Positions 38,201 through 53,200 of a stretch of DNA of 63,148 nt are shown here, one piece after another. The stretch's first letter is position 1. Every line of letters begins with the position of its first letter. This DNA is from Hydrolagus affinis. Its lineage: Eukaryota. Both the position numbers and the translations under genes were made by a program. The stretch covers positions 1 to 63,148 of the forward strand of contig JAAILG010001685.1 in NCBI GenBank assembly GCA_012026655.1, given 5' to 3'. Below the pieces are notes generated by a model. It ran no database searches. It worked only from the letters and a program-made list of their open reading frames with translations, and was not told where the DNA came from.

Positions 38201-41200
38201 CAAAAGAATCTGTGCTTACTGTTCAATGTAGCTAATCTCAGTTGCAAGTTGAAAGCATGCCAATTCTGTATTCAATACCTGCTGTGAAAGCTATTCATGC
38301 AAGATGGTTGTGGTTCACTAGGTGCTAATTCATTTCACAAAGCCTTTGCTTGATCTTTTCTGTACAATGAACCAGAGTAATGGTATACTAGAAACCAAAT
38401 AAGAATGTTTATCTATACTGTATTCGAAATGACTGCTTCTGTTTTCCTTCCATAGGGTTTGCATGCATAAATTTTTCACATATTTTCAGCTACCAAAATC
38501 AGTGGAAGCAGAGAGAAGATATGAAGTATTTCACTAGGCACAGAAAGGGATGAAAGGGCAAGTCAACCTGAGCTACACATACACACCCACCACACACTTA
38601 CAGAGTGACATTGGCACATATCCTGAAACAGATTGAATACCCATTCTCTTGACTTTGCTACACTGACAGAAAAATAATATAAAAATAAGAACAAAACTAA
38701 TTATCTAGAAGAAAAGATACTGAAAATGTTCATTCCTAGTTTGTTCACAATAGGCCTGTTGTATGAAAAAATCCTTACACTTTTTCATTAAGCAAGAGCT
38801 GGGGGCAATATTCTATTACAAAGAGGACTATTTTTAAAATATTGTCAACCGCATGCACTTGCTTGCTTGCCAAAACAATTGCTCATAAGCTCTTGCAAAT
38901 TGCACCTGAATCCAGATTTGCTGTTTTCCCATGTGTTGATTTTGCGAAAGTAAACAGTTAAAATACATGTTATAACTTGCAAACAAATTGTTACTGAGCA
39001 GAGATCTTTAATAATAATCTTTGCATTTGATATAGCGCTTTTCACATCTTCTAGACATCTTAAAGCACTTCACAGAATATACTGTAAAGTGAATTAATTG
39101 CACATTTGTGGATGAAACATGGCAGCCATTTGCACACAGCAATGTCCCACAAACAGTTGTGAATTAAGTGACCAAATTATTATTGTTTTTTTCTGGAGGG
39201 ATTATTATTAGGAATGTGGAGTAAGGAAGCTTGCCCAAGGTTTCGACCTGCTGGGAATTGAATCCACCTCTAAGGCGAGTGCTCTAACCGCTGAGCTATA
39301 GGACTCCACAATCTTTGTAGTTTTAGAAGGTACTAATCAACCAAAGGGTGTTTGAAGTATTGGACATAATAACTGCAGTATTTGTTATTATAGCCTATGG
39401 GCAACTTTAGGAAAATACTAGTAGAGCAAGTTTTGAAAAAACTCAATGGGAGATTCTACAAGTTAAGCATCTAGAAATTTCTGGTACAGTACTTTGAATA
39501 TTTTCCAGAGAACAGTGGTTTAAAGTTTAGCATACATACATTTAGGGGGGAGACTTAAACACTTTTGGAACTTTCTTCTGAATTTAAGTGTACCACATCT
39601 CGGAGTGCATAATACTGTAGTAACAGTTATACCAAGGTGTGCAAAATATTCCATTGACTTTATGTACCCTGAACTCAAAATAGCCTCCTAAAATCTACTG
39701 CCTAAGCTTACAACAACTTGCATTTACATAGTGCTCTTCATATGGGGCAGGGTCTCGGAGCGCTAAATAGTTGAGGAGCCTGGGGGAGGAGATGACCTAA
39801 AGAACGCTTGAATTGGAAGGTCTTCAGCATGATCGAAAAGAGGGGAAGGAAGGGGCAAGAGGAGAGAAAAATTTAATTGGAAAATACTCTGGGTAGCTTG
39901 AAATTACATTTAAAGTGTTTCCCATTTGAGTCCATTTGGCACATTTTGAGTGAACTCACTTAAAAGAAATAAACCAAACATTTCAAAATTGAATGTGGGG
40001 AAAGTGACCAATTGTAGAAAATAATGTTCGTCGTTGGTGGGCTGTTTGTGTAAAATGGCCAGATGAATGTCCGTTTTTTCAGGTGTTTGTACAAATTCCA
40101 TGCACTTTGCTGCTCTTGGTATTTTGATAACGAACAGCTGTGCTGCAGACTTTTTAGCCTTGTATATGACTAACCTTAAAGCTAATCTCTGAATTCCCTC
40201 CCCCACCAAAATTACAAGTACAAATCATCAGGCCAGGTTGATGAATAAAAAGCTAGAAAACTGTTGGTGATGCCTTTATGTCATTAGCGATAGGACAAGT
40301 ATGAAAGTTTTGTTCAAGATCCTGTGTAATCTTTTCATAGATATTTTGAAAGTTGCTTTTTTTCACCCTCAATTTATTTCTTCCTTCCACATTCATACCA
40401 TACATCTTTGTTTGTGTAATACTGAACACATAAATGGATTGATGTTTGGTTCAGACATGGCACATAGTCCCATTTAACAAAGCCTTGCTGACTTTTGGGA
40501 GGATAGATGATCTATTCCAGTCTGCTACGAAGGCTGTGCTTAGTTGTGCAGGGGCCGACCTCTTTTCAGCCTCAGGCGGAGCATTCAATCAGTATAAATC
40601 ATGGATTAAGTGAATAAGAAGGAGAGAATAGAGTTGATCATTCATGAAACTATATTCTTTATTTCTGGGAAGCTCCTTCACTTTAACCATCTACAGTACT
40701 TTAATTCCAGCTCAGCTAATGAAATAAAATACCAGTGTCTGAAATGCAATACATTTTGTGTGCAGCAAGTTACTATTGTTCAGGATTTGTATAAGAAGAT
40801 CTTGATAATCCAGCAATACGTTTGTACGAGAAAATATCTGTTTCCAGTCTTGTTCACCGACTTGTCAGAATTTGCATTGGTTGTTTTTGCTATTTAACAA
40901 TCTCGGTTTCACCAATTATTGTAAGAGTAAATTGCTTCTAATGTAATTTTTCCCATTTTGGGTCCACAAAATATCAATACGATATTTAATTGTAAGTGTT
41001 CTTATGTATTCAAAAATCACAATTAGAATTTTCCATATTGAACAGAGAATGCGGGTATATTTTTCATTTTGTCAAACTCCCGACTGGTTTATGGTAACCT
41101 TACGACTGCAACTTTGGATAAATGTAAATCACTGTGGGGGAATTTGCATCACACTGTTAATTTTAAGAAAGAAAGTTGTGCTGGATGTTGTCCAGCTGAA

Positions 41201-44200
41201 ATTGCCTTTCATAATTAGTCGTAATAAGTGCTAGTGTTCGACTTTTGAAATACAAAAGCTTTACAAGAGAATTTTATCCAATTTTATTGTGCTAAGAAAA
41301 TCCAAACTAGTTTTTGTCCCAGGAGGCTGTTATTCTGGAGTAAATTAATTTTCAGACAAGCAAACATGCAGAGTTGCCATAGCAAATTTGGAACGTAGCC
41401 TGTGGAAATTTTTCTCACTGGCTGAGTGCAAAAGTCAGGTTAACCTGCTGTTTTCGGTATTAGATTTCTTATTGCATCTTGGTTGTATGATTATAATCCA
41501 AGGTTACTGTGTCCTTTACAGCTGTGTGAATCAAAACATGAATTCATTTATGCTTCTTTAGTGTTATTCAAAGAAAGATGTACAATATGAAGTCTTGTAA
41601 CTCACTTTCACTCTTATCTGTGCTGTTTTTGTAATATAATTGATTTGTTTTACCCTGGTTAGTAGTAACAGTGATTGAGGTAGAATGATTAAGATGGTCT
41701 TTTATTGCCTTTTGTATCTGATATTTTCTAATCAATACCATGCTGATTTCCAACTCTTGTCCATTCTGAAGAGCTGTAGTGGTAAAATTATTGGGCGCTA
41801 TACCCTTGTGTTTGAGCCACCTCAGCAATTCAAACTTGATTTCATTAGACAAGTTTGGGCAGTTCTCAGCTGGGTCATTAGATAGATTTCTTTGTTCCAA
41901 GGGGAGAAGCATTGGCAGGATGGGGCCTGTCCTGTAAGTACACAGCTTCTGATCAAAGAACAAAATGGACATTGTCCTTCAAAGTATGCAGACTTTCATG
42001 GCTGAGGGAGGAAGTATGTCAGCAGGAGGCAGCAGTGGGGACCCAAAAAGGGGAAACATAAATAAAGCTGCACTGGTTCTAAAGAAGACTGTGTTTGCAA
42101 ATACAGTTCAACTTCAAGATCCTCACTCTTGTGTTTAAGTCCCTCCACTCCTCTGCAACCCCCTACCTCTCTAACCTCTCTCCTCACAGCAGTACCCGCT
42201 GCCTCTGCTCTACTGGGTCTCCTCCTTGACTCCAAATCCTCTGCTTCACCTTTGGCAGCCATGCTTTCAGCAGCTCCGCCCTGAAACTTTGGAACTCCCT
42301 CCCTCAATCCCTTCACCTCACCCCCTTCTTCAGGTTGTGTGTGCCTGAAGACCGCGCTAACAGTCACCTTTCTCCATCTCCCTGGTTCGGCCTCAGGCTC
42401 TGCCATTGTAAAGCACCCTGAGACACTGCCCTGCATGGAGGGCACTATATAAAAGGGTGGTGTTGTTGTAGTCAAGGTGGAGGCCGATTCGATAACAGTT
42501 TTTAAAAAAGAATTAGATCTTTATTTAGGGAGAACAGATCTGTTAAGTTATGGGGAGTGGGATTGAGACTGGGCAGTGGGATTGAGTTGCTCTTTTCAAA
42601 GAGCCGGCACAGACTAGATGGGCCGAATGGCCTCCTTTTGTGCCGTAAAATTCTATGATATTCTATGATATTCAGGAAATGTGGTAGGATTGATACAACT
42701 GCATGAAACCTCTGTGAAATGTGAGAATATTAATCAATTGATGAACCATCAAACTCAAATGAATCATCTGTTAATATCATACATATTCACCTAGGTCATA
42801 CATAATAATAGATAATAATAATCCTTGTATTTGATATACAGTAGCGCCTTATCACTCTTCGTGACATCTCAACGCGCTTCACAGGATACACTGTAAAGTG
42901 TAGTGACTATATTTTGTGAGCAAAAATGCACCAGACTCCTTTTCAGTTGCCTACCAAAAATCACTACTTTTTTTTGCACTAGTCGTATTTTATAAACCAG
43001 ATGAAAAGGATAAATCATAACCGTTTTGTGGTTCCAAAATAATCTTAAATCCTATGCAGGTTATCTGTTTAACTCATAATTCCACTACTGCATTTCCTGG
43101 CTGCATTGAAGTACTCATTTCCAGTATTCCGCGTGAGACAAGCGCAGGAAGCAAAGTCGTGACCAGTCTCCGCAAGTTCCCCCGAATGCGTTATATCTAC
43201 ATTTCTACTGTGGAATATGATCTGACTAATCATCACACATCATTCTATCATCTGCAGCCCCAACAGTGAAAGGAATCCTCATGATCATGTATATATACAT
43301 ACAGAATATATAATTAGATCACGCCACATGTATCCCTGCAGTATTTAGTTTGATTCCCAACCAGCAGCGGCCTTTTTGTGATCCTATTATAACAGTGTTT
43401 GTTTTTTTTGGCTCGTAAACACAGTGTTATAATGGGGTTGCCCTGCAGTCTGTACAACATATTTGCTTTTTGAGGGCAGGGGGATTATCTGCATAACATT
43501 CTCATAGATTCTTACTTTCTTCAATAGACATTTGCATAAAACGCTTGAACATGACTTACGTCTACCTTGTTCGATGTGTGTGATCAGTTACGCCCTAACT
43601 GTGCAAGTTGATAATCTTGCTCACATCTTATTTCATCAATGCCTCTGATCATTTTAGAAATCTGGATCAGTTCTTACTCTTCCCTAACCTGCTCTTTCTT
43701 CCTCTTCCCCAATTAAACAAATTGTTTTCTACAAAATTAGCTTGTGAAAATAAATAAAATTTTGATCTAACTAGATTCCTGATTGATTCAGTACAGGCAA
43801 AATTTTATTTAGTTTTGTGGATTGTTGCCCATTAGAAACTGGATTGAAATTGGGCAAGATATTTTCAGTTACTGCTATCAGAAGAAGACTTGGGTTGATT
43901 CCAATTCAAGTGTCTGAGAACAAATGACATTTTTAATCCAATTTGCTGCTCAGTCTAATGGATTCTTATTTTAAAAACAATACATTTGCAAAAAAAAACT
44001 TAAACATGATCTAAGTTCAGTTTCTGACTTGTTCCATTTGTGCAGTAGGCACACTTTTTTCTTTAAGATATCTCAAAGTTGTGATAAGGTGCTACATTAA
44101 GTGAAAGGATTATTCTTATTCTAGATAACTAAGTTTTCTCATTCTGAAAGTCTAAAGGTGATGTGTGAATACGTTTTACTAATCAAAAAACAGGCACATT

Positions 44201-47200
44201 TGAGATCTGTGCTTCCAAGAGGAAATTGTGCAGCTTTATCACTGAAAGTGATATTCACCAGAATGTAAGCATTATGCATGCTACTTGATTCCTGCGTGCA
44301 TTATCTTGTAGAAAAATCATAGTGAGGTTAATAGTGACACCTAAAACTGATAAAGATCTAAGTTAGCAACTGAAGTGTCTTGAATTAATGAAACTAAACT
44401 TTGTATTCATGCCAAATCCTCGCAAAATAAAAAATATATATTACAGAGGCGGACACAAACACTCTGATACTTTTTTATAATTTGTAATTTTTGCACTTTT
44501 ACATACCCACATCATGAGCTTGTCATAGGAAAATGTGCTTCTCAGTAGAAATGTACAGTCAGCATAATTTGCCTTTACTTCACAATAAGCAGTTAGAAAA
44601 ATCATTGCTTAATAACAAAAGTAAACTAAACGATTGCAGGTACAGTACAGTACTGTACCTTCATACTGTATTGCAATTTTTTTGTTGCTGAGATGAGCAG
44701 TTTAATATGCTGAGCATGATGTTTCCTGTTGACAAAAAGTTATTTCCACCAACTAAACTTTTTGTACTGCAGTGAAAGTGATCAAATCAGTTATGCTTAT
44801 GTTGTTTATGTTGATAATGAATGATCCTACACAGATGCCAGACGCAAATAATTTTATACTTCATTTTTTAAACATGAAGCTCAGTAATAAGTCGTAGTAA
44901 GTCTCAACAAATATCACAGCAATTAATGGGGAGTAAAAACATAATACAAAAAGAGCTTTGGTAGTGTTTTAGTAATGCAATATTATCAGCAGATATAATT
45001 TTTTTTTGTAGCAGACCTTAGGCAAAAGGCCTGAAACAAAAAGTAAGAGAGAAAGAAAATGAGAGGTACAGTGATTAGTTGATTCCAAACTTAGATTTTA
45101 AAGACATGTAGGTTGTAAGAGGAAGGAATTCTGAACTAGGTAAGGTGTTCCAGAGCTTTTGAATCATTGATAAAAATTGAGTGTAGGATATGATGCTAGT
45201 CTTGATTTAATTCATGAAAATGCAGAGAGAAGTTTGAGGGCTGGGCCGCATAAATGGTTGTGGAGAGGAAAGGTCTGAGAAGCAATGTCCATTTTGTTGT
45301 CTTTTGTTTGGCAGATACCAACAGATCACATAGCTAATCAAGCAAAATCTCCAAAATTGTTATGTCTATTCCTTCTTCCCAGAGTATTTATTTTACCACC
45401 ACCCCACTCCCCAACTCACTCAGGCTCCAGCATAGTGTGCCCTCATATGTTTTCATATTAGTCAGCATTTATTCCTATATCTTCCAATAGAGTCCCAAGA
45501 CACTTACAATTCTGTTTTTTTTAAACAAAAGGGTTTTATACAGTACAGTAAATTATTGTTTGTTGTTTCTTAGCGGTCTGTTCATGATGGGATCTTTTAA
45601 GTTATACATTGTTGCACACAATAACTCAGTACTGTTTTTGAATAACACAATCTTTATCACTATTTTACTGTTTCAGCCATTGGGTTGTGAGCCTGGGAAA
45701 AGAGTGAGAGTCGGGGAATGCAGGAAGATGGATAATCCTTTTCCGTTGTAATCTTGTTTTAACTAACTGATCTGTTTTGCAGCCATCAAAATCCCCCAAA
45801 CAGATTTAATATTATAGAAATAACAAAAAAACTGATGGGAATCTGAAATTAAACACAACTGTAATGGTAGGAATGCACAGTACGCCAACTAGCAAATTAT
45901 ATGCCACATTTGCTGAGAAAATATAGTCACTCCCATTATAGTAACTGAAGCACTTTGACGCATCCTCCTTGAAAGGTGCTATGTCAAATGTAAGGGTTAT
46001 TATTTAGTGATTTTATGTAGGGAATTGTGGCCTTTTATAGCTTTTAAAAAACTGCATTGCATTTTGATTTTGCAGGTCCTCTGCCTGAAAGTGACTGTGT
46101 ACTTGCACCAGTAAGTGAATCTCATCCAGTCAAAGCTTTGCTGGAGAGCTTTACTGTGTCATCTGGTTGTGCTAGTGGAGGAACAACAGGACGTCCTCAA
46201 GAAGTGCACATCATCAATGTAAAAAGCACTAGTGCGGACCCCAACCAACATGACAAAGTAAGAAGTACCGGAGTAGATACTATCCATCATGAAGAGGTAA
46301 GGCAATACTCCTTTTTTCTAATAACAGATTCTAATAAATGCACCATGTAGTAATTATTGTGCATGCTGGTCCTTTGCTTTCCGATTACATAGAATGATAC
46401 GTAGAGGTAACACTGGGGTATGTTTGGTAATGCGATCTGTGCAAAAACTGAAATCGTAATAAATTTTCCAAAATGTTACAAATCAAAATGCAATTATTGT
46501 GTCGCCTTAAAATATCATGATTTAATTGTCTTGGACATAATTAAAATGTTTTTTTCCTCCGAATTTAGCAGGACATATATTTAGCAATCCTGATTTTATA
46601 TATAACTAAACAAAGCCTTCAGCAACTGAACTACCTATTGTATTCTGGATTTGGCAGTGTCACTTTTTAACCTGGTTCTCTTCTTAAGTGCAAAATGCTG
46701 TGAAACTTGGCGTCATTTGTCTGCTGCCTTTGCCCCTCCATTGTAATGACAAAGTTTGGAAACTAGTAGTGTTCCTGCCCTTAAAATGAACAGGAAACTG
46801 CAGAACCGGTGCTGGCGACAGGACAGAGCAGAGGACTGTAAACACAGTAGGGAGATCAGATTTTGCTTTAACTCTGGATTTATAAACAAAACAGAACTAC
46901 TCTTATCTTAAACATCAACCATGCTCCACATATGTGCCTTCCTGAGTTAAATATTAGTTTTGCATCTGCTATCTCCCTTACTTATCTCTGTTTCATGTTT
47001 AAATGTAGCATGTTTCAGTATTTTAATCTCAAGGTAAACAGAATACTTTACATACCAAATGAAAAGCAGCATAGAATAGTGAATCACATATATAATTCAG
47101 CCTCTATTTCCCATTTAAATATATTATAAATAAAAAAAGTCCACCTAAAGGAAACCCACCTTATTGCCAGATTTCAAAAAGCACAAGGAATCAGGCATAT

Positions 47201-50200
47201 CATCTGGCTTTAATTTCTCACCATAATAAACGATTCAGCGGAAGCAAACAGCAGTGATGAAAACCTTTCGTCACCATGGTCCTAGTTGTGTCGTAACTTT
47301 TCTTTTCTCTTGACAATTCTCGGTCTCAGTTCTAGGAGTGATCTTTGGATCTACAATGTTAGATATTGTATCCTGACCATCTTTCAAATTATTGGCATAG
47401 TCCAGAATGTTGTTGGTTTTGAGTCAAAGTGATCACAACCAAACCAGATTTGTCCACTCATAATCCTCTTTTAAAGTAGAAAAATGTAAATTGTAATGAA
47501 ATGGCATTGGGTAAATGAGTTTATTGCCAGTGTCTGTGGCTTTATAGCATTATACAGTAAAAGTATTGTACTATAAGTGATGCAATTAATTTATTTGCTG
47601 CTTCATCAATTAACATTACTTGAAGTACCATATATTTAGCCTGTCAGATTTGGGACAATATTGAGTTTGTTCTCCGCCCTAAGAATGTCATGCATTTATC
47701 ATCATTTCATTTGGAAGCAGAAATTGAAGATTTCCTTTTTGTAAATTTTCTGAAGCACAAAGTATCTCAGTTTATACAGTATAGTTTACCATTTAGACTG
47801 AAGTTGCCTTTTATTTTGATTTAGCCACGTCTGATGTGCCATTTTTGTTTTTTCTGGAAAGAAATCTTAGAGCACTTGTTTTCAAAGTGCCAATCACCGA
47901 ATTTAACTTGGTTTGGCATCTCCTTCAAGTATACCATTGCATTTGTAAAGGAAATAGTCATGTGTTGGCCAGACACAGCTGCTTGTCATCATGTTTACTA
48001 TGTGAAGCTCACTCTTTGGCAAAAAGCAGCGCACCAAAGTTGTCTCAAAATGCCTTTACTTTTAAGGGTATATTGCAGTTCACTCTGATTAACTAAGAGC
48101 TTTTTTTTTAAAAAAAGAGTTGTCTTTTCCAAAAATATTTTCACATGCTTCTCTAAACTTGTATAGGACTTACTAGACCTTTAATTTTCTCTTTGGTAAA
48201 TTAATATCGAGTTACAGTAGAACTAAAAATAATCTTTCATGAATTTCAAATATTTCAATCTGCAGTTCTAATATTGCACATAAATTTGGATAGCAAATCC
48301 TTAAATTAGAGGAAATACAGATGAATTGGGTTTAATCTGGATAGTGCAGAACCTTCCAGCTTTAGACTAATTTATATTAAAGTATCTAAATTAAATAGAT
48401 ACAGTACTTAAATAGATATTTTAAAATAAATTAAATTAACAAATTGTTCAGTTTCAGGCTAAATCCTGTATGCCTTTTGCCCCAGCTCAGATTGGTCAGG
48501 CTGGTGGACTACAATTGCAGTAAAGTCCTGCTGCAAAGTATCAGCAAGAAGCACAATTCAAATGGGACAAGCCAAACCATATAAATTCCAACTCCTACTT
48601 CTGCACTTTGCTTTGTTTAGTGGCCCAACGGAAAATTAACAACACCCGCCCATCTGTAGGAAGCAAGCTGAAATGATTTGCATTCAATTTCTGTTTTGAA
48701 TTGGATCCCAGTGTGACTTTCTGTTTTCAGGTCTATATATTCACGTGTAGGCCGAGAGCACATTTCCTGCAAGTAGTGAGGAGGAAGGTATAAAATCACT
48801 TTGGAAGGGTTATTTCAGAAACCAACTGAACTGACATAAGCACAACTTTGCTCTGAATTTTTATTTTATACTGAATTAACAATGCATATATGTGCAGAAC
48901 ATACATATTTAATATAATTTTTAATTCAACAACATTGCAGAATAACATTGTGCACATCTCATTTCAATTATACTCCAACATAATAGTTTCTGTAAAGTGG
49001 CCTTTTTATCTAGATTTGCTACCCAAATAATGTTACTCAATAATCATGCCGAGCCTTACTGTTCATATATAAAATGAATTTACCAAAAATTGGCACAAGA
49101 AGTCTTATCATGGGAGGAAATATTCAATAGGATGTTAAGGAAGTGATATTAATAATTGAATAGTTGAGAATAGTAAAGAAACTCTTTCTTAACTTCAGAT
49201 ACATAAGTGTTTTCAGAAGTAACAACTTTCCCATTAATGTGGAGTACTAATTTATATAGCAACAACAAAAATACATTTCTAGAGCGCCTTTCACGCCGGG
49301 AGGATATATAAACTGTATATTCTCAGTAGAAAAGAATCACCGTTGATTTGGACTGTTACTGATTAAATAGAATAAGTTCTGGATTTTGTACCTTAATCTT
49401 TTTTTTAAATTAGTCATCATGAGAAATTTCACAAGCTTCCCCAGGAGATTGTTTTTTGAGAGGCCCTACTTGTAGAAGTGATTTTGTACCTTTAGTACAA
49501 AGTAAAATATAGAGGAAACTTGCCAGACATTATAGCTCTCATGAGAATTTTGTTCTTGTGCTGAGGTGAGCTGGGCATCAAGATTTACTTGTTCAGTTCC
49601 ATACCCTTTTTGTCCCAAGGTTTCTTTATGTTGGTAAACCATAACAACCATAAAGATGGAGTTACTTTTCGGCTTTCATGTCAATAGATATCAGAATTAT
49701 AATGGAAAATTATTTAAAATTGATGGTAACCATTAAATAAATAGAGTATTTTAGCATTAAAAATACATAGTCAAATACATGGTCATTGCACTTCACTGTT
49801 AACCTGAAGTCTGAATTAATCAATTATGATAATCGATTTTTTTAAATTTGAAAAGTAGTAAAACAAGATGGATTTTAAAAAATCAAGACAAACAACTGCT
49901 AAAAGTATTGAAGCTTGATTCTCCAATCCCCAATTAAAGGTGTACAATCTTTAAGCATAACATTGGTATTACTTCTGGCCTGCAATTTCTAGGTGCCCAT
50001 TTTCAGTGAAACCAACCAGTTGTTTCCTGTCTGTTCATTTGCTTGTCATTTCATTCATAGACCAAGCCTTACTTTTGACATCTAACACAAATTTACTAGA
50101 AACTGGCTTAAAAAGCCTTCCCATGGGAGGAAATATTGGATAAGAACTTAAGGAAGTAACATTAGCAGTTAATTGGTAATGAAACTTTCACAACCAGATA

Positions 50201-53200
50201 GTTACTGAATTTTTTTTGGTGGTGGAACTGGACTTCTGATTTACTTTGAGAACTTTTACAATGCCCGTGAATCCAGTTAGTTCATAGAATAAGAACATTT
50301 GTTTAATCATTGCTGGCAGCCAATCAATTGAGGTTGTAATAATGCACCAATTGATAAGTTCTGCTTCATTCTCTATTGCTCTGATAGAATGCTATTAGGT
50401 CCTCCTCACTTTCACCAGTTCCCTTCTCTTTTTTCTTATCCCTCCCCAATTTAGTCCCAGGTAAATATTTGCCCTACACAACTAATTACTTTTTGAGTCA
50501 TCTGGTAGTTTACAGACATACTGTAAAGAGGAAAAGGCCATTTGGGTCAATAAGTCTGTTTCTTCTTTTGGGTATTCTCCCCAAAATACCAACAATATTT
50601 CACTATTGTATTTTACCTTAGTGGATGCAAAACTTCTCTGTGACTCCTATTACCAATTGAACAAATTTTACTTGATAAACCCACGTCTAAAATCATCATT
50701 GTTGCTCCTTGTTGAGCCCCGTACAATACATTGATATACTTTTGAAACTTTGGTGCCCTGAACCATACACAATTTTTTGTGTGTCCTCACTGGTGATCTG
50801 TTTCAAGTTAGCATAACTTGGATTGACGTACAAATCTATGTCCTTGAGATGCCTCCGAGAATGTATTTAACTCACTAACACTTCAGCAACCATGCTTCTT
50901 AATACCAATGTGGAAGAATGTCCCCCTGGGTTGTGCCTGAGCTAAATCTAATTGTAACTGCGTATTGTTTTTCACCCATCCCCCCACAACCCCCATTATT
51001 TACTAGGCTGTGTGCTTGAGGAATTGCAACCAGATGTGTAAGTCAGCCTTTCTATCCCATGCTTATCTGATGTAGTGAAATATTTGTTTCTCATTTCTGT
51101 AGTGACTAAAGCATTCAGCTAAATGTGACCTTTCATGCAAAACTGACATGATGTCGTGTTTTTTCTAGAGGTTCACAAGCGTGACCCATTTGTTTTCTGA
51201 GTCCCTTCATAACACTTTACTCAGTAATTGTTCTTCACATCAAGTTTGTATTTAACCAGGTTTTGTCCTGTGTAGTATTAGTTATTGTATATGCTTTTTT
51301 TTCACTTCCTATGGAAACAAATTGTTTTATTTAGATTTAGAGAATGAGTCATTCAATATATGATTTTTTATTGACTTGGGATTCATGAATATAGTCACTT
51401 AAATAGCGAAGAAGCTGGTCAGAATAGTATTTCCTTTCATTAAATATAATGAACTATTTAGCACACCATGAAGGGTTTGTTTTATCAAATGAGCATGCAT
51501 TTTTGAATGTGAACCACAATAGTTGAAGTTACCCAGAGCTGATGAGAGACAGAGAGCAGATTGGAACATATGATCTGATTCTTGGACCATTTTTATGACA
51601 ATCTAATTTTGCATAAACTCTGTCAGTACTTTTGCAAAGATTTAAAGTGAAATTAGTTTAGTCCAGGTTTATTTTAGCAGGCACAACTGCATGGTTGAAA
51701 AGAACCATCGGTAACTTGGCACAAAACTAACAATCTGATTCATGGTTGACTTGGAGAATGGAAATGGCAGGCTACAGCACTAATGTACAGTCATCTGATG
51801 TTAGAGTCAAACCATTGTTGGGCAGTACAGAGATAGCATCAACCCAGCACTATGCTGTACTTGTAAAAGACAATTTTCCATTGACGTTTTTCACCTACAA
51901 TCAATCATCTATTAAGTTAACTATATTAACAGGAGAAATGTAACTTATAAGATACTTTCACTCTATTAGATAAATACATATTGGCATTTTCAAAACATTT
52001 CAAATATTTCAAACTACCCTACTGCTTTCAGGTGCCATATTTTGTATCACTCTCACATGGCTAAAACATTTTGCCTCTTTCATTTCTGGAGTATTTATCC
52101 AGAAATGCCTGAGCAAACTACAGCTGTTGAAATGCGGATAGCTAATGTTACATTGAAATACGATATAATTCTGATTTTTTTTTGCCATAATCAATTGGTA
52201 TGAATTTGCAATAGTTGTTTTAGATAATGTATATTATCGTTTATTTGTGGACCCTCAAAGTGAAAACTGTTCAGTCAGACTCAGAAATCTCTAGAACTTG
52301 CTTTCATCTGTTTCAAACCAATTCTAGATTCTGACATTTCATCTAAGGTAAAATTAAAATGACATTTTAATGACCTTGTTTACTTTGATCTTTTTCAACA
52401 TTTCTGTTCTGCTTCTGTGACACAATACAAATTGCTTTAACAGGATCTGGAACCCTGAATGAGAGAGTTGTTTTTGTAGTCTGGTTGCTGTGGCAATCCT
52501 CAGCCTTCCATGAAACCATCATCTCCTGGGAAACAAACTTGTGCAGCTGTCTTTGGCCTATTGACTTCTAGTATGTCTATTATGGGGCCACAACAGAAAA
52601 GTTTCTTCTGATTTTTCTGCCATTTTCAGAGTAGATGTAGACAAACAAGATATAAATTGAGCCTAGTAGCAAATCTCAGAAAAAAAATCCCTTCAATCCA
52701 TAAGTAAACAGCACTAACATCTGGTGTATTAGGATTCACTACATTAAATAAAGTTATTCCTGGCACATTTTTTCACATTTATTAAAGGAGAAGAAAAAGA
52801 TTATTAAAGACTTTTAGAATAACTTTTTATTTTGTGATGTCAACTTTCCGCACCTCTCCTTTCCTAACCCCACCCCATAGCAAGGTTACTCTTTCTAATA
52901 GCTACAGCAATTCTGCTTCCTCGGAAAATATAGTTAAAATCACAGTGGAATCCTATACTACTTCATCCAACTGTTAGTAAAATTATGCCCAGATGTACTT
53001 TCCATGTTGCTTCTCAAACAAAATCTTAAGAGTGTCTGATGGGGCTGGGAGCGCTACAGAAATGGCTAAGGATCCTGCCTAGATGTGTTGTGTGCAATGC
53101 ACTCTGATTTGCTAAATAAAATACTATTTAACTGGCAATGAAACAGATTATCTGGAAGATAGATTCTGTCTGGATGAATGGCATCTTTTCAGACTGATCC

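Noticed and set aside
41568-41972. 134-aa antisense ORF in a TGFBR3 intron
   Set aside because: No recognisable motif or convincing splice context; likely chance, though a BLASTP would be cheap.
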